Assembly: GCA_015067025.1 (NCBI GenBank)
Contig: SVNC01000003.1
Coordinates: 90,383 to 154,382, forward strand
Direction: 5' to 3'
DNA: 64,000 nucleotides
From: Oscillospiraceae bacterium
GTDB taxonomy: Bacteria > Bacillota > Clostridia > Oscillospirales > Ruminococcaceae
Part shown: one piece after another, positions 1 through 9,673 of the stretch
How positions within the stretch are numbered: position 1 is the first letter of the stretch
Layout of the letters: each line of letters starts with the position of its first letter
Made by a program: the position numbers and the translations under genes
The notes under the pieces: generated by a model
What the model saw: the letters and a program-made list of their open reading frames with translations, nothing else
Databases searched by the model: none
What the model was told of the DNA's origin: nothing

Positions 1-854
1 GTCATAATTTCAGTCAGCGTCATTGCTCCTGCTCTTGTTATGATAAGGTCAGCGGCACACATACAGGTATACATATTGTCAATATACTCTTTAAGGATAA
101 AGTGGGGATTTTTACTGTCAATACCCTTTTCCTTTACCATATCCATAAAGGTATCCTTACCGTGCTTGCCGTAACCGTGAATATGGTTGATGTTACCCTT
201 TTTCTGTTCCCAGCTGAGAAGCTCGGTCACAGCCTCGTTTATACGCATAGCACCCTGACTGCCGCCTGCTGACAGTATCGTCAGGCAATCGGGAAGTCCT
301 AATCTTTCTCTTGCCGCCTTTTTGCTTTCTATCGGGATATTGTTACGCATAGGGTTTCCCGTAACGACGCACTTTTTCATATTGCCAAGATGCTTTTTTG
401 CGTCCTCACTGCCAAGCATAACAAGATCGACCTTTTCGCTGAGCATCTTTATTGATACGCCGGGAAGAGAATTGCTTTCGTGTACCGCAGTCTTTATTTT
501 GCATTTAAGTGCAGTCTTAAGTACCGTACCCGTTACGTATCCGCCTGTGCCTATAACAAGGTCGGGTTTAAACTTACTGAATATCTTCTTTACCTGACCG
601 CCTGCACTCATATAATAATATACCGCCTTAAAATTAAGGGCGATATTTTTAGGTGTAAGCTTTCTTTGTATACCTGCCATCTTAACGGGAGAGAAATCAT
701 ATCCTGCCTTTGTGACAAGCTTTGCTTCAAGTCCGTCAGGCGAGCCTACAAACAGCACCTTTGTATCAGGGAAAACCTCTTTTATCTTATCTGCCATAGC
801 AAGTGCAGGATTTATATGACCACCTGTACCGCCTGCCGCAAAAATCACATTCAT
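1..854 (-). CDS. murG: MurG glycosyltransferase (lipid II synthesis); 3' end runs off the window start
   Basis: Reverse-strand reading frame starts at ATG 852-854 and stays open to position 1. My translation begins MNVIFAAGGTGGHINPALAMADKIKE, which contains the MurG GGTGGH loop. It is the last gene of the dcw cluster. It is absent from the ORF track because it is truncated by the window edge. Confidence 0.9.
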   Translation of the reverse strand, partial: MNVIFAAGGTGGHINPALAMADKIKEVFPDTKVLFVGSPDGLEAKLVTKAGYDFSPVKMAGIQRKLTPKNIALNFKAVYYYMSAGGQVKKIFSKFKPDLVIGTGGYVTGTVLKTALKCKIKTAVHESNSLPGVSIKMLSEKVDLVMLGSEDAKKHLGNMKKCVVTGNPMRNNIPIESKKAARERLGLPDCLTILSAGGSQGAMRINEAVTELLSWEQKKGNINHIHGYGKHGKDTFMDMVKEKGIDSKNPHFILKEYIDNMYTCMCAADLIITRAGAMTLTEIM

Positions 855-878
855 ATATATATTATTCCTTTACTTTAT

Positions 879-2480
879 TTAGGTTTCTGAGCTTCGTGAA
901 ACGCTGAGCAATACACCCATTTCAATAAGCTGGATAATGAGTGCCGTTCTGCCGTAACTGAAAAAGGGGAGCGAAATACCCGTGTTCGGTATAGCGTTAC
1001 AAGCAACACCGATATTGAGGAACGCCTGCAGAACGATGTGAACGGTTATTCCCAGTGCTAAAAACGCACCGAACTGGTCTCTTGCACCCTTTGCAACCTT
1101 ATAACCTCTTACTGCAAAAAGCACAAACAGAAGTATTACTGTTACGCCACCTATAAACCCAAGTTCCTCGCAAAGAATTGAGAAAACGAAGTCATTCTGT
1201 GCTTCGGGGAGATAATAATATTTCTGAATAGAGTTGCCGAGTCCTCTTCCGAACAGTCCGCCTGAACCGATCGTTATAAGTGACTGACCTATCTGGTAGG
1301 TGTCATTCTGCATATCTCCGAAAGGATCGAACCAACCCTGAAAACGAACCGTAAGATAAGAGGGATAGAACAGAAGTACAGCTGCAAAAGCAACTGCCGC
1401 CAGCCCTCCGAGTATAAATAAGCCCTTTTTACTTGCCCCACCGACGATCATCATTACTACAAATATAACGAATACGATAACGACCGCAGAGATATGTCTT
1501 TGGAAAGCACATAATGCACCGCACATACCAAGAACCAGCAGATATCTGCCAAAGCTACCCTTGACGCTTTTTCCGTCAACACAAAAACGATGTATCAAAA
1601 AAGCCAGCATGATAATAAGTGCAAGCTTCATTATTTCTGAAGGCTGGAAACGAACGCCTAAAATGGTTATCCAGCGTCTTGCATCTGCAACTTCTTCACC
1701 TGCAACGCAGGTAACTGCCATCAGAACGATCGAAACAAGGAAAAACAGATGAGCGATATTTATACCCTTGCCGTTTTTAGGTGCGTTTCTTTTCTTTTTC
1801 TTCTTGCCGAAAAATTCTCTTATAACATCACCTAAGTGTCTCAGCATATGCTTTATCGGCATTATAAGCATCGTATAATCGCCGAAGGAAACTATAACCA
1901 TAAGTATAAGTCCTATGATCATACCTTCAAGCTGTTGTTTCATAAAGTCATAGCTATCTCTGTTTTCAAATAAGGAGTAAGCATAGCTTGCAGAGGACAT
2001 CATTACGAGTCCGAAAACTGCGAGTACGAGTATAACTATAAAAAGAGGTATATCAAAGCGTCCTCGTCCCTTAAAATACTGACATTCAGGATAAGGAGCA
2101 GGTTCAACTCTGAGTCCCTGTATAAACCTTATCAGAAGGCTGTCATTGTCTTCGGTATGTTTTTGTGAACCGCCGCTGCGTTTTGCCGTTTTCTCTTTAC
2201 CTGATGGGATTTTATTCTTTTCCGTCTGTCTGTCAGCATCTGTTTGCTGAGGTACAGTACGAGTACCGGGATCATAATGAATTACTCTGTCGTATTTTTC
2301 TTTCTTCGGGGGATCGCTTTTTACTTCCCTTTGCTTTGCATCTGAAGCTGACGGCTGTGACGCTGTAATCTGCTTTTTCTTAGGCACTAAAACGTCATTC
2401 AGTCCGCTATTTGAAGAACCCGTTCTACCTCTTGACAAGGCGTCACGCTGTTCCTTACTCAGCCTGCTTTTATCAGCCAT
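879..2480 (-). CDS. ftsW: SEDS-family cell-division/peptidoglycan polymerase protein (FtsW/SpoVE-like) with a long N-terminal extension
   Basis: 533-aa polytopic protein. The C-terminal ~390 aa carry SEDS-like motifs (GSGGLFGRGLG, PEAQNDFVFS, LPFFSYGRT). The gene sits between mraY and murG. The first ~130 aa are Lys/Ser/Pro/Gln-rich and look disordered. Confidence 0.85.
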   Translation of the reverse strand: MADKSRLSKEQRDALSRGRTGSSNSGLNDVLVPKKKQITASQPSASDAKQREVKSDPPKKEKYDRVIHYDPGTRTVPQQTDADRQTEKNKIPSGKEKTAKRSGGSQKHTEDNDSLLIRFIQGLRVEPAPYPECQYFKGRGRFDIPLFIVILVLAVFGLVMMSSASYAYSLFENRDSYDFMKQQLEGMIIGLILMVIVSFGDYTMLIMPIKHMLRHLGDVIREFFGKKKKKRNAPKNGKGINIAHLFFLVSIVLMAVTCVAGEEVADARRWITILGVRFQPSEIMKLALIIMLAFLIHRFCVDGKSVKGSFGRYLLVLGMCGALCAFQRHISAVVIVFVIFVVMMIVGGASKKGLFILGGLAAVAFAAVLLFYPSYLTVRFQGWFDPFGDMQNDTYQIGQSLITIGSGGLFGRGLGNSIQKYYYLPEAQNDFVFSILCEELGFIGGVTVILLFVLFAVRGYKVAKGARDQFGAFLALGITVHIVLQAFLNIGVACNAIPNTGISLPFFSYGRTALIIQLIEMGVLLSVSRSSET

Positions 2481-2517
2481 TGCTATTCCCCTTTCTTAGT
2501 TTTTTATTAAAATCAGA

Positions 2518-3537
2518 TTACAGTATTCCGAAATAAAGCAAAGCTATGCCTGTAGCACAAGCTAAAAGCTCTAACAATGAGAATACCGTTACTATCTTAC
2601 CTTCCTTCCAGCCTCTTATTTCAAAGCTGTGATGGATAGGAGTCATTTTGAAAAGTCTTTTTCCGTGGGTAAGCTTGAAATACGTCATCTGGATAAGAAC
2701 GGATAACGCTTCCCAAATGTATATAGCACTGCATACGACCATTATGAATTCAGTACCTGTTCCGATACCGAGTGCAGTTACGATACCGCCTAAGAACATT
2801 GAGCCTGTATCGCCCATCATAACCTTTGCAGGATGTAAATTCCACACTAAAAAGCCCATACAGCCTGCTCCTGCTACTGCCGCTACCAGTGACATTTCAC
2901 CAAAATCCACAAGCGAGCAAATAACAAGATATGCAGCACAGTATACTACTGTAACTGATGAGCATAAGCCGTCAACACCGTCTGTAAGATTTACCGCATT
3001 TACAAGATAGAGTATGCCAAGTCCCATTATAATGTAGTAAAAGTACCATAAATCAAGCTGACCTAAGAAAGGAAAGCTGATTACTGTAGACGTATCTCCT
3101 GAAATAATGCGGGAGGTAAAATATGCGGCTATTACAAGCACCTGCATAATTATTTTCTGAATAGGAGTAAGTCCCTCGTTACGCTTTTTCTTTACCTTTA
3201 TAAAATCGTCAACAAAGCCGATAAAGCCAAAGCATACCGCCATAACGATCGCAGAAACCGCTTTTATGAATTTTACCGTGCCTGTACTTTCAAAGCTTAT
3301 TGCTCCGTTTAACCACATAATAACGATACCTGTAATAAAGGCGATTATCGAACCTGCGATAAACATAACACCGCCCATTGTAGGTGTGCCTTCCTTGGAT
3401 TTATGCCACGCAGGACCTATATCAAGGATAGTCTGACCGAATTTCAGTCTTTTAAGAGCAGGGATGGTTACAAATCCCAGTAACGCCGTTACTCCGAAGC
3501 TTATAAGTGCCGCAATTACAGTTGCAGGTATATTCAT
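2518..3537 (-). CDS. mraY: Phospho-N-acetylmuramoyl-pentapeptide transferase MraY
   Basis: 339-aa polytopic protein with MraY motifs (GTPTMGG, VDDFIKV, NLTDGVDGL, MGDTGSMFLGG) in dcw context. Confidence 0.95.
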   Translation of the reverse strand: MNIPATVIAALISFGVTALLGFVTIPALKRLKFGQTILDIGPAWHKSKEGTPTMGGVMFIAGSIIAFITGIVIMWLNGAISFESTGTVKFIKAVSAIVMAVCFGFIGFVDDFIKVKKKRNEGLTPIQKIIMQVLVIAAYFTSRIISGDTSTVISFPFLGQLDLWYFYYIIMGLGILYLVNAVNLTDGVDGLCSSVTVVYCAAYLVICSLVDFGEMSLVAAVAGAGCMGFLVWNLHPAKVMMGDTGSMFLGGIVTALGIGTGTEFIMVVCSAIYIWEALSVLIQMTYFKLTHGKRLFKMTPIHHSFEIRGWKEGKIVTVFSLLELLACATGIALLYFGIL

Positions 3538-3543
3538 TGTGAT

Positions 3544-5016
3544 TTATTCCTTTCGACTTAATATTTCCTCTACTATTTCCCTTTCGCAAAAGGGCTGATA
3601 TTCTTTTCCGATTATCTGATATCTTTCGTGTCCCTTGCCCGCAAGCACGATAACATCGCCTTTTTTTGCAATGGCAAGTGCCTTTTCTATAGCAAGTCTT
3701 CTATCCGCTTCTTTTATACAAGGGAGCGATTTATCAGCGCCTGCATAGACTTCTTCGATTATCGCATCGGGGTCTTCACTTGCAGGGTTGTCAGAGCTTA
3801 TAACAAGCACGTCGGCATATTCTGATACCGCCGCCGCCATCATAAGACGTTTTTCTCTGTCCCTTTCTCCTGCTCCACCGAAGAGACAGATAAGTCTGCC
3901 TTCTACCATCGGCTTTACCGCCGAGAGCATTTTACGAAGAGCGTCATCGGTATGGGCGTAATCGGTGATTACCGTAAAATCACCTTCGTAAACGGTATTC
4001 AGTCTGCCGTCAACGCCCTTGCAACTTTCAAGTGCCTTTGCACATTCTGTTATTTCAAAGCCGTCCGCCGCTACTAAAGCGATAGCACACAGAGCGTTCT
4101 GCACGTTGTAAAGTCCCGTCATATTTAGCTTTACTCTGCAGGCTTTTTCACTTCTGCTGTCTATCAACATAAATTCACTGCCTGTAGCAGTCATTTTTAT
4201 ATAATCAGCGTAAATATCCGCTTTTTCTTTCACACTGTAGGTAATTGCAGTATCCTTATGACGCTCTGCAAGTATTTTTCCGTAATCGTCATCAATGCAT
4301 ACAACTGCATTATCCGTAAGAGTAAAAAGTCTTGCCTTTGCATCAAAATAGTTTTCCATCGTCAGATGGTAATCGAGATGATCTCTTGTGAGGTTTGTAA
4401 AGCCTGCCGACAAGAATTTTTCATCTGCGACCCTGTACTGGCAAAGTGCCATGGAGCTTGCCTCCATAACACAGTATTCTGCACCGTTCTTTGCCATTTC
4501 AGAAAACCATTTGTAAAGTGTCGTTGGACTCGGAGTAGTAGGAGTACCGTGAGGAGAGTCTGTCAGTTTCCCGTCGCACAGATCGTTTCCTGCCGTACCG
4601 ATACATCCGCACTTTTTATTAAGTTCAGTCAATATGTGTTTTACAAGATGTGCGACCGTTGTTTTACCGTTTGTACCCGTCACAGCGATAAGCTTTAACC
4701 TATCGGTAGGATTTCCGCTTACTTTAGAGCAAAGCTCTGCCAGTGCAAGTCTTGTATTATCAACTATTATCTGATTTTCAACACCTGTGTCGTGGTCTGT
4801 AACCACCGCCACAGCACCCTTTTCAAGCATTTCACCTGCAACCAAGTGTCCGTCAAAGCGTGCTCCCTTAATACATACAAACAGACTGCCCTTTACAACG
4901 TTTGCCGTATTGTCAGTAACGTTTGTTATTTCACAGTTTTCAACACCCTGCTCTTTTGCTTTTTTACATATATCGTAAAGCTTTATCTTTCTCACCTCAT
5001 CAGCCTGTTTCATCAT
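3544..5016 (-). CDS. murE: UDP-MurNAc-L-Ala-D-Glu--2,6-diaminopimelate (or L-Lys) ligase MurE
   Basis: 490 aa with the Mur ligase P-loop GTNGKTT, TNLTRDHLDYH, and DNPASEDP in the position of the MurE DNPR motif. It lies directly downstream of the class B PBP, as is typical for dcw clusters. Confidence 0.88.
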   Translation of the reverse strand: MMKQADEVRKIKLYDICKKAKEQGVENCEITNVTDNTANVVKGSLFVCIKGARFDGHLVAGEMLEKGAVAVVTDHDTGVENQIIVDNTRLALAELCSKVSGNPTDRLKLIAVTGTNGKTTVAHLVKHILTELNKKCGCIGTAGNDLCDGKLTDSPHGTPTTPSPTTLYKWFSEMAKNGAEYCVMEASSMALCQYRVADEKFLSAGFTNLTRDHLDYHLTMENYFDAKARLFTLTDNAVVCIDDDYGKILAERHKDTAITYSVKEKADIYADYIKMTATGSEFMLIDSRSEKACRVKLNMTGLYNVQNALCAIALVAADGFEITECAKALESCKGVDGRLNTVYEGDFTVITDYAHTDDALRKMLSAVKPMVEGRLICLFGGAGERDREKRLMMAAAVSEYADVLVISSDNPASEDPDAIIEEVYAGADKSLPCIKEADRRLAIEKALAIAKKGDVIVLAGKGHERYQIIGKEYQPFCEREIVEEILSRKE

Positions 5017-7300
5017 TTACAAGGAAGTTTACTTCTACTACCGATCCTCTGTATTGCATAGTTCCTGCTGAAATGCTCTGGGCGATTGCTCTTGATTCGT
5101 TACTGCCGTAAGCACCGGTCAGTCTTATGTTAAAGCCAGCTTCAGTAATAGCCTTATTCGCCTCTGTTACAGTCATACCGATTACGTTAGGTACTTCTCT
5201 GAGCTGATAATCACCTATCGTCATATCGCCCATATACACAACTACGGTACCGCCAGCCGGCATTATAGCACCTGATTGTGGGAACTGTCCGCCGACCATC
5301 GCTCCGTCCTCGGTGCTTCCTACTATTTCAGCCTTAAGTCCTGCCGCTGTCAGCAGTGCTTCTGCTCTGATACTGTTATAGCCACATATATATGGCACCG
5401 TTACGTCCTGAGTAAGCAGATCCTCTTCGGTATACTGGGGATAGATATTGAGATATTCAAGACCTTCCTTGAATACTGCAGATACTACGGGAGCCGCGAT
5501 GGCACTGCCGTAAATATATCCGCTCGTGGGTTCGTCTGCCACGACAAGCATCACGTATTCAGGATCATCTGCAGGTACTGTAGCGCAGAAGGTCGCAACG
5601 TATCTTAGCTCGTCGTGCTTACCGCTGTTATAGTCGTCGATCTTTTCTGACGTACCGCTCTTGCCGCCGATACGATAGCCGCTTATATAAGCATTACTAC
5701 CGCCGTTGAAGTTTACTACATCCTCAAGTATCTGACGCATAACGGCAGAAGTTTCTTCGCTTATTACCTGTCTTTTTACAACTGTTTCCGTAGCTTCAAC
5801 CACGTTGCCGTTACTGTCAACCACCTTATCAACGATATAGGGAGTAAGAAGTTTGCCGCCGTTTACTGCCGCACATACTGCTGTTGCCATCTGTATGGGG
5901 GTAACCTTGTTCGTCTGACCAAAGGCTGAACTGGAAAGCTCAACTATTCCCATATCAGAAAGGGGGACGTAAAGCGACTGTGCTTCTCCGGGAAGATCTA
6001 TACCTGTTTTTTCAGTAAAGCCAAAGGCTTCGAAATACTTTGTAAATTTATCCTGTCCTAAAAGCTGACCTATCTGAATAAACGCAGGGTTGCAGGAACG
6101 GATCATTGCTTCTGTAAGATTTGAAGTGCCGTGTCCGCCTGCACTCCAGCACTTGATATGTGTGCCTGCAACATCGGCAACGCCGCTGCACGTAAAGGTA
6201 CTGTCAAGACTTACCACTTCTTCTTCAAGAGCCGCCGCACAGGTGAATATTTTAAATACAGAGCCGGGGATATAAAGCTCACCAACGGCTTTATTCTGCC
6301 ACTGGCGACCCCATATTTCAGTTCTCGCTTCGTCAATCGCTTCTTCAGTTGCTCCGTCATCAGCCATCTGTGCCAACGTGTATCTATCCTTTTCAAAATA
6401 AACGAAGGAGGGATCGTTCGGATTAAAACCGGGGTAAGTCGCCATCGCAACTATTGCTCCGGTTTTGGCATTCATTATAATACCCGTGCTTCTGTTTTCA
6501 AGCTTATGCTGTGAAACCGTTGTTTCAAGATTTTTTTCAAGATAATACTGCAAGGTCTGGTCTATTGTAAGGATAAGACTGTTTCCGTCCTTGGCGGGAT
6601 AAAGTGCCTCATAACCGTAAGGCATATCGTCGCCCTGGTTATCCTTTGTTGTAACAATCTTTCCGTTTACGCCCTTTAAATACTCGTCGTAGTAGGATTC
6701 GATACCGTATGCACCACCGTTGGCGTTTACAAAGCCAAGTACACCTGCCGCAAGCGTTCCTTCGGGATAATGACGGATGCCGTTTTCTCTTGCGTAGCAC
6801 ATAACGTTGTAAAGCCCGTTGTCGCTCATAAACTTCTCGACTTTAGCTACCGTTTCTCTGTCCACCTGTTTTTTCGCAACGTATTCCCAGTATTCGTAAT
6901 CGTTACAGGCATCAACAAGAGTCTGCATATCTATATCAAGGATCTCAGCGAGATTTCTGCATATGAAATCTCTTTCCTCCTCGAAATTTGCCATATCCTT
7001 TTCTTCATCACCCTCGACGTAATTTATTCTGTATATCTCACGGGGCGATATAATTATATCCCAGGCAGGTGTGTTCTGTGCAAGAACCTTTCCGTTTCTG
7101 TCGTAGATGTTGCCTCTGTCGGCAAGCACGGTAAGTTCTTTTTGCTGCTGGCCCTCTGCTTTAGCTACCATATTATCGTGCTGTCCTACCGACCAGTAGA
7201 AAAGAAAGCCGGCTACGTAAACAGACATAAAACCAACAAGCAACAAAAGCACTACCAATATCCTGATTTTTATACCGTGTGTCAGTTTCCCTTCCATCAT
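5000..7300 (-). CDS. Class B penicillin-binding protein (FtsI/SpoVD-type transpeptidase) with two C-terminal PASTA domains
   Basis: 766 aa with an N-terminal TM anchor. Transpeptidase motifs are SVFK (SxxK), SCN (SxN) and KSGT (KTG). Two PASTA-like repeats lie at the C-terminus (VPYICGYNSIRAEALL..., VPNVIGMTVTEANKAI...). The gene overlaps the murE start by 17 nt. Confidence 0.9.
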   Translation of the reverse strand: MMEGKLTHGIKIRILVVLLLLVGFMSVYVAGFLFYWSVGQHDNMVAKAEGQQQKELTVLADRGNIYDRNGKVLAQNTPAWDIIISPREIYRINYVEGDEEKDMANFEEERDFICRNLAEILDIDMQTLVDACNDYEYWEYVAKKQVDRETVAKVEKFMSDNGLYNVMCYARENGIRHYPEGTLAAGVLGFVNANGGAYGIESYYDEYLKGVNGKIVTTKDNQGDDMPYGYEALYPAKDGNSLILTIDQTLQYYLEKNLETTVSQHKLENRSTGIIMNAKTGAIVAMATYPGFNPNDPSFVYFEKDRYTLAQMADDGATEEAIDEARTEIWGRQWQNKAVGELYIPGSVFKIFTCAAALEEEVVSLDSTFTCSGVADVAGTHIKCWSAGGHGTSNLTEAMIRSCNPAFIQIGQLLGQDKFTKYFEAFGFTEKTGIDLPGEAQSLYVPLSDMGIVELSSSAFGQTNKVTPIQMATAVCAAVNGGKLLTPYIVDKVVDSNGNVVEATETVVKRQVISEETSAVMRQILEDVVNFNGGSNAYISGYRIGGKSGTSEKIDDYNSGKHDELRYVATFCATVPADDPEYVMLVVADEPTSGYIYGSAIAAPVVSAVFKEGLEYLNIYPQYTEEDLLTQDVTVPYICGYNSIRAEALLTAAGLKAEIVGSTEDGAMVGGQFPQSGAIMPAGGTVVVYMGDMTIGDYQLREVPNVIGMTVTEANKAITEAGFNIRLTGAYGSNESRAIAQSISAGTMQYRGSVVEVNFLVNDETG

Positions 7301-7426
7301 TACTCCTTAAACGCCGTAAATAAAATACTTCAATAAAAAGCTTTATCCTTTTCCGAAAACAGCCGTGCTGAATTCAAAAAAGGAGCTTTTAGCCGCCACA
7401 CTTAGTGGCTTGTTCATTTATATTCA

Positions 7427-7921
7427 TCAAAATCCTAAATATTCCGCTACACCACGAAACCACTTGCTGATACCGACAAAGATATTATCATCAGTATCCT
7501 TTTTGGTTTCTATCAGTGCACCCGTATCCATCTCAACATACTTTTCCTGAGCGTTGACAACCTTCTGCATACCAAGCTCGTCCTTGGCGTACTGCTCCAC
7601 CTGTTCAAGTGATACAGACCCATTGAGCTCTGCTGAAAGTGCCGCATTCATCGCCTTGGTCTCCTCTAAGACGTTCTGTCTTAAGCTTACGTTAAGATTT
7701 GCTTCACTTACAGCCGCCTTACAGAATATAAACGCCATAAGCAGTATTCCGAATAAAGCCGCTACTACTGCAATTGCTACCGGTCTGCCCTTTTTAGCAG
7801 CCGATACCGTCACCACCTGAAGCTCAGGCTTTTCCTCAGCCTTTACCTGAGGTTTACGGAGCGATGTATCAAACAGCGAAAAATCATACGCTGTACTTGT
7901 TCTGTTGTATGAGTTCTCCAT
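7427..7921 (-). CDS. FtsL-like / septum-formation-initiator-type bitopic division protein
   Basis: 164 aa with a single central TM segment (VAIAVVAALFGILLMAFIF) followed by a coiled-coil-like segment. It occupies the ftsL slot between rsmH and the PBP. The call rests on position and architecture only. Confidence 0.5.
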   Translation of the reverse strand: MENSYNRTSTAYDFSLFDTSLRKPQVKAEEKPELQVVTVSAAKKGRPVAIAVVAALFGILLMAFIFCKAAVSEANLNVSLRQNVLEETKAMNAALSAELNGSVSLEQVEQYAKDELGMQKVVNAQEKYVEMDTGALIETKKDTDDNIFVGISKWFRGVAEYLGF

Positions 7922-7966
7922 CGTTCATTCCTCCATGAATTTACAATTTCTCTATAACCCTTGATT

Positions 7967-8902
7967 TTATAATTTCTCTATAATTCTTAATTTTGCACTA
8001 CGGCTTCTCACGTTTAAAGAAAGCTCTTCATCACCTGCTATTACAGGCTTTTTGTTTACAAGCACACCTCTTGGTGTCTTTCCGCATACGCATACGGGAA
8101 AGGAAGGCGGGCAGGTACACCCTGTGCAATATTCCTTGAATTTATTTTTCACTATCCTGTCTTCTATCGAATGGAAGGTTATAACGGCAAGTCTGCCACC
8201 TTCATTCAGTGCTTCAAAAGCACTGTCAAGCCCTGTCATAAGCTCGTCAAGTTCACCGTTTACTTCTATGCGGATCGCCTGAAAGGTCTTTTTGCAGGGG
8301 TTTTTTTCTTTTCTGACTTTAAGAGGTACGTTTCTCTTTATAATTTCAGCAAGCTGGAGCGTTGTTTCGATCGGAGCTGTTTCTCTTTGCTTTATTATGC
8401 CCGATACTATTCCTCTTGCAAATTTTTCTTCACCATACTCGAATAATATTTTTTCAAGCTGTGCGGCAGGATATTCATTGACAACATCGTAAGCACTGAG
8501 GCCGCTTTTGCTCATTCTCATATCAAGAGGTGCATCCTCGTGATAGGAAAAGCCACGCTCTGCTGTATCAAGCTGATAGGATGAAACACCAAGATCCATA
8601 AGCACTCCGTCAACCTTGGTAACGCCGATTTCCGAAAGTGCTTCAGTAAAACAGGAAAACTGTTTATTAATAAGTGTATGATTATAGGGTTTAAGCTTCT
8701 CTTCAGCCGCCTTTATTGCATCAGGATCTCTGTCAAAGCCGATAAGTCTGCCCTTTTCAAGTCTTTTTGCAATCTCACTCGAATGACCTGCAAAGCCTGT
8801 TGTACAGTCGACGTAAATACCATCCGGTTTTATATCAAGCCCTTCTATAGTCTCATTAAGCAGCACAGGTATATGAATTTGTTTTTCGCTCAATTTTACC
8901 AT
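7967..8902 (-). CDS. rsmH: 16S rRNA (cytosine1402-N4)-methyltransferase RsmH (MraW)
   Basis: 311 aa. HIPVLLNETIEGL, VDCTTGFAGHS and DLGVSSYQLD are classic RsmH motifs. It follows mraZ. Confidence 0.95.
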   Translation of the reverse strand: MVKLSEKQIHIPVLLNETIEGLDIKPDGIYVDCTTGFAGHSSEIAKRLEKGRLIGFDRDPDAIKAAEEKLKPYNHTLINKQFSCFTEALSEIGVTKVDGVLMDLGVSSYQLDTAERGFSYHEDAPLDMRMSKSGLSAYDVVNEYPAAQLEKILFEYGEEKFARGIVSGIIKQRETAPIETTLQLAEIIKRNVPLKVRKEKNPCKKTFQAIRIEVNGELDELMTGLDSAFEALNEGGRLAVITFHSIEDRIVKNKFKEYCTGCTCPPSFPVCVCGKTPRGVLVNKKPVIAGDEELSLNVRSRSAKLRIIEKL

Positions 8903-8927
8903 TCCTTCCTATGCAGCGTAATAAAAA

Positions 8928-9353
8928 TCACATTCCGAGTTCTTCAGCTATTCTGCTTACCTCATCCTCGGTTTCAGGGCTTTCATTAAAGCTTGTCCAT
9001 GCAGCCTTATCCCATATTTCTGCTACACCGTCTTCCATACCGACAACCATAACATCGGTTGTAAGACCGGCATATTCAATAAGAGATGAATTTATAGATA
9101 CTCTGCCCTGCTTGTCCACAGTCAGTTCATCGGCAGAGCCGACAAGATATCTTCTGATGGTCTGAGTCTTAACGGGAGGTAACGCCTTAAGACTTTCCAT
9201 AAGTGCTTTCCACTCAGCCACAGAATAAACTCTTATACATCTTGTACCGATGTTTTTAGCAAGATAAAAGGAGTTCCCAAGCTCTTCACGAAGCTTTACA
9301 GGTATGTTCATTCTGCCCTTGGCATCAAGCGTTGATTTATGAGCACCAACCAT
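8928..9353 (-). CDS. mraZ: Transcriptional regulator MraZ
   Basis: 141 aa. MVGAHKSTLDAKGRMNIPVKLREEL plus a second DKQGRVSI repeat are the two SpoVT/AbrB-like MraZ repeats. It is the first gene of the dcw cluster. Confidence 0.95.
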   Translation of the reverse strand: MVGAHKSTLDAKGRMNIPVKLREELGNSFYLAKNIGTRCIRVYSVAEWKALMESLKALPPVKTQTIRRYLVGSADELTVDKQGRVSINSSLIEYAGLTTDVMVVGMEDGVAEIWDKAAWTSFNESPETEDEVSRIAEELGM

Positions 9354-9560
9354 ACCTTATCCCTCCCTTTCCTTGAATTTTTTAAGATTTATGTGGTAAG
9401 GTTAAAAAATTTCACCAAAAACGTGGATTTTTCACCTCAAAGATGAAAAAAAGTGTCTAAAAATATTATACATCGCCCTAACAAAAAATTCAAGTGGAAA
9501 TTTTATCATTTATAAAAAAATTATGCAGAATGTCGAGGGGAATTTTTGTAAAAAATGCAC

Positions 9561-9590
9561 AAAAAAATCGCCTCCCTAACGGGAGACGAT
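9561..9590 (-). terminator. Rho-independent terminator closing the 9674-14846 operon
   Basis: Minus strand reads TCGTCTCCC-GTTA-GGGAGGCGA followed by TTTTTTT, about 85 nt downstream of the stop at 9674. This insulates the operon from the mraZ promoter region. Confidence 0.7.
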
Positions 9591-9673
9591 TTGAGAATTA
9601 TTATCATTTTTCAATATGTTGTGGGTGGTTTTTTCGCCCTGACTACATTTTGAATTTGTGTAATATTTACTTT

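Noticed and set aside
322-890. Plus-strand ORFs 322-597 and 480-890
   Set aside because: They lie antisense to a clearly recognisable murG reading frame (GGTGGH N-terminus). Their composition is low-complexity and hydrophobic and no RBS is present.
9390-9500. GTGG-containing motifs (9393, 9423, 9452, 9494) as MraZ operator repeats upstream of mraZ
   Set aside because: The spacing is irregular (~30, 30 and 40 bp), one copy is only GTGT, and the orientation relative to mraZ is uncertain. The evidence is too weak to call a binding array by eye.
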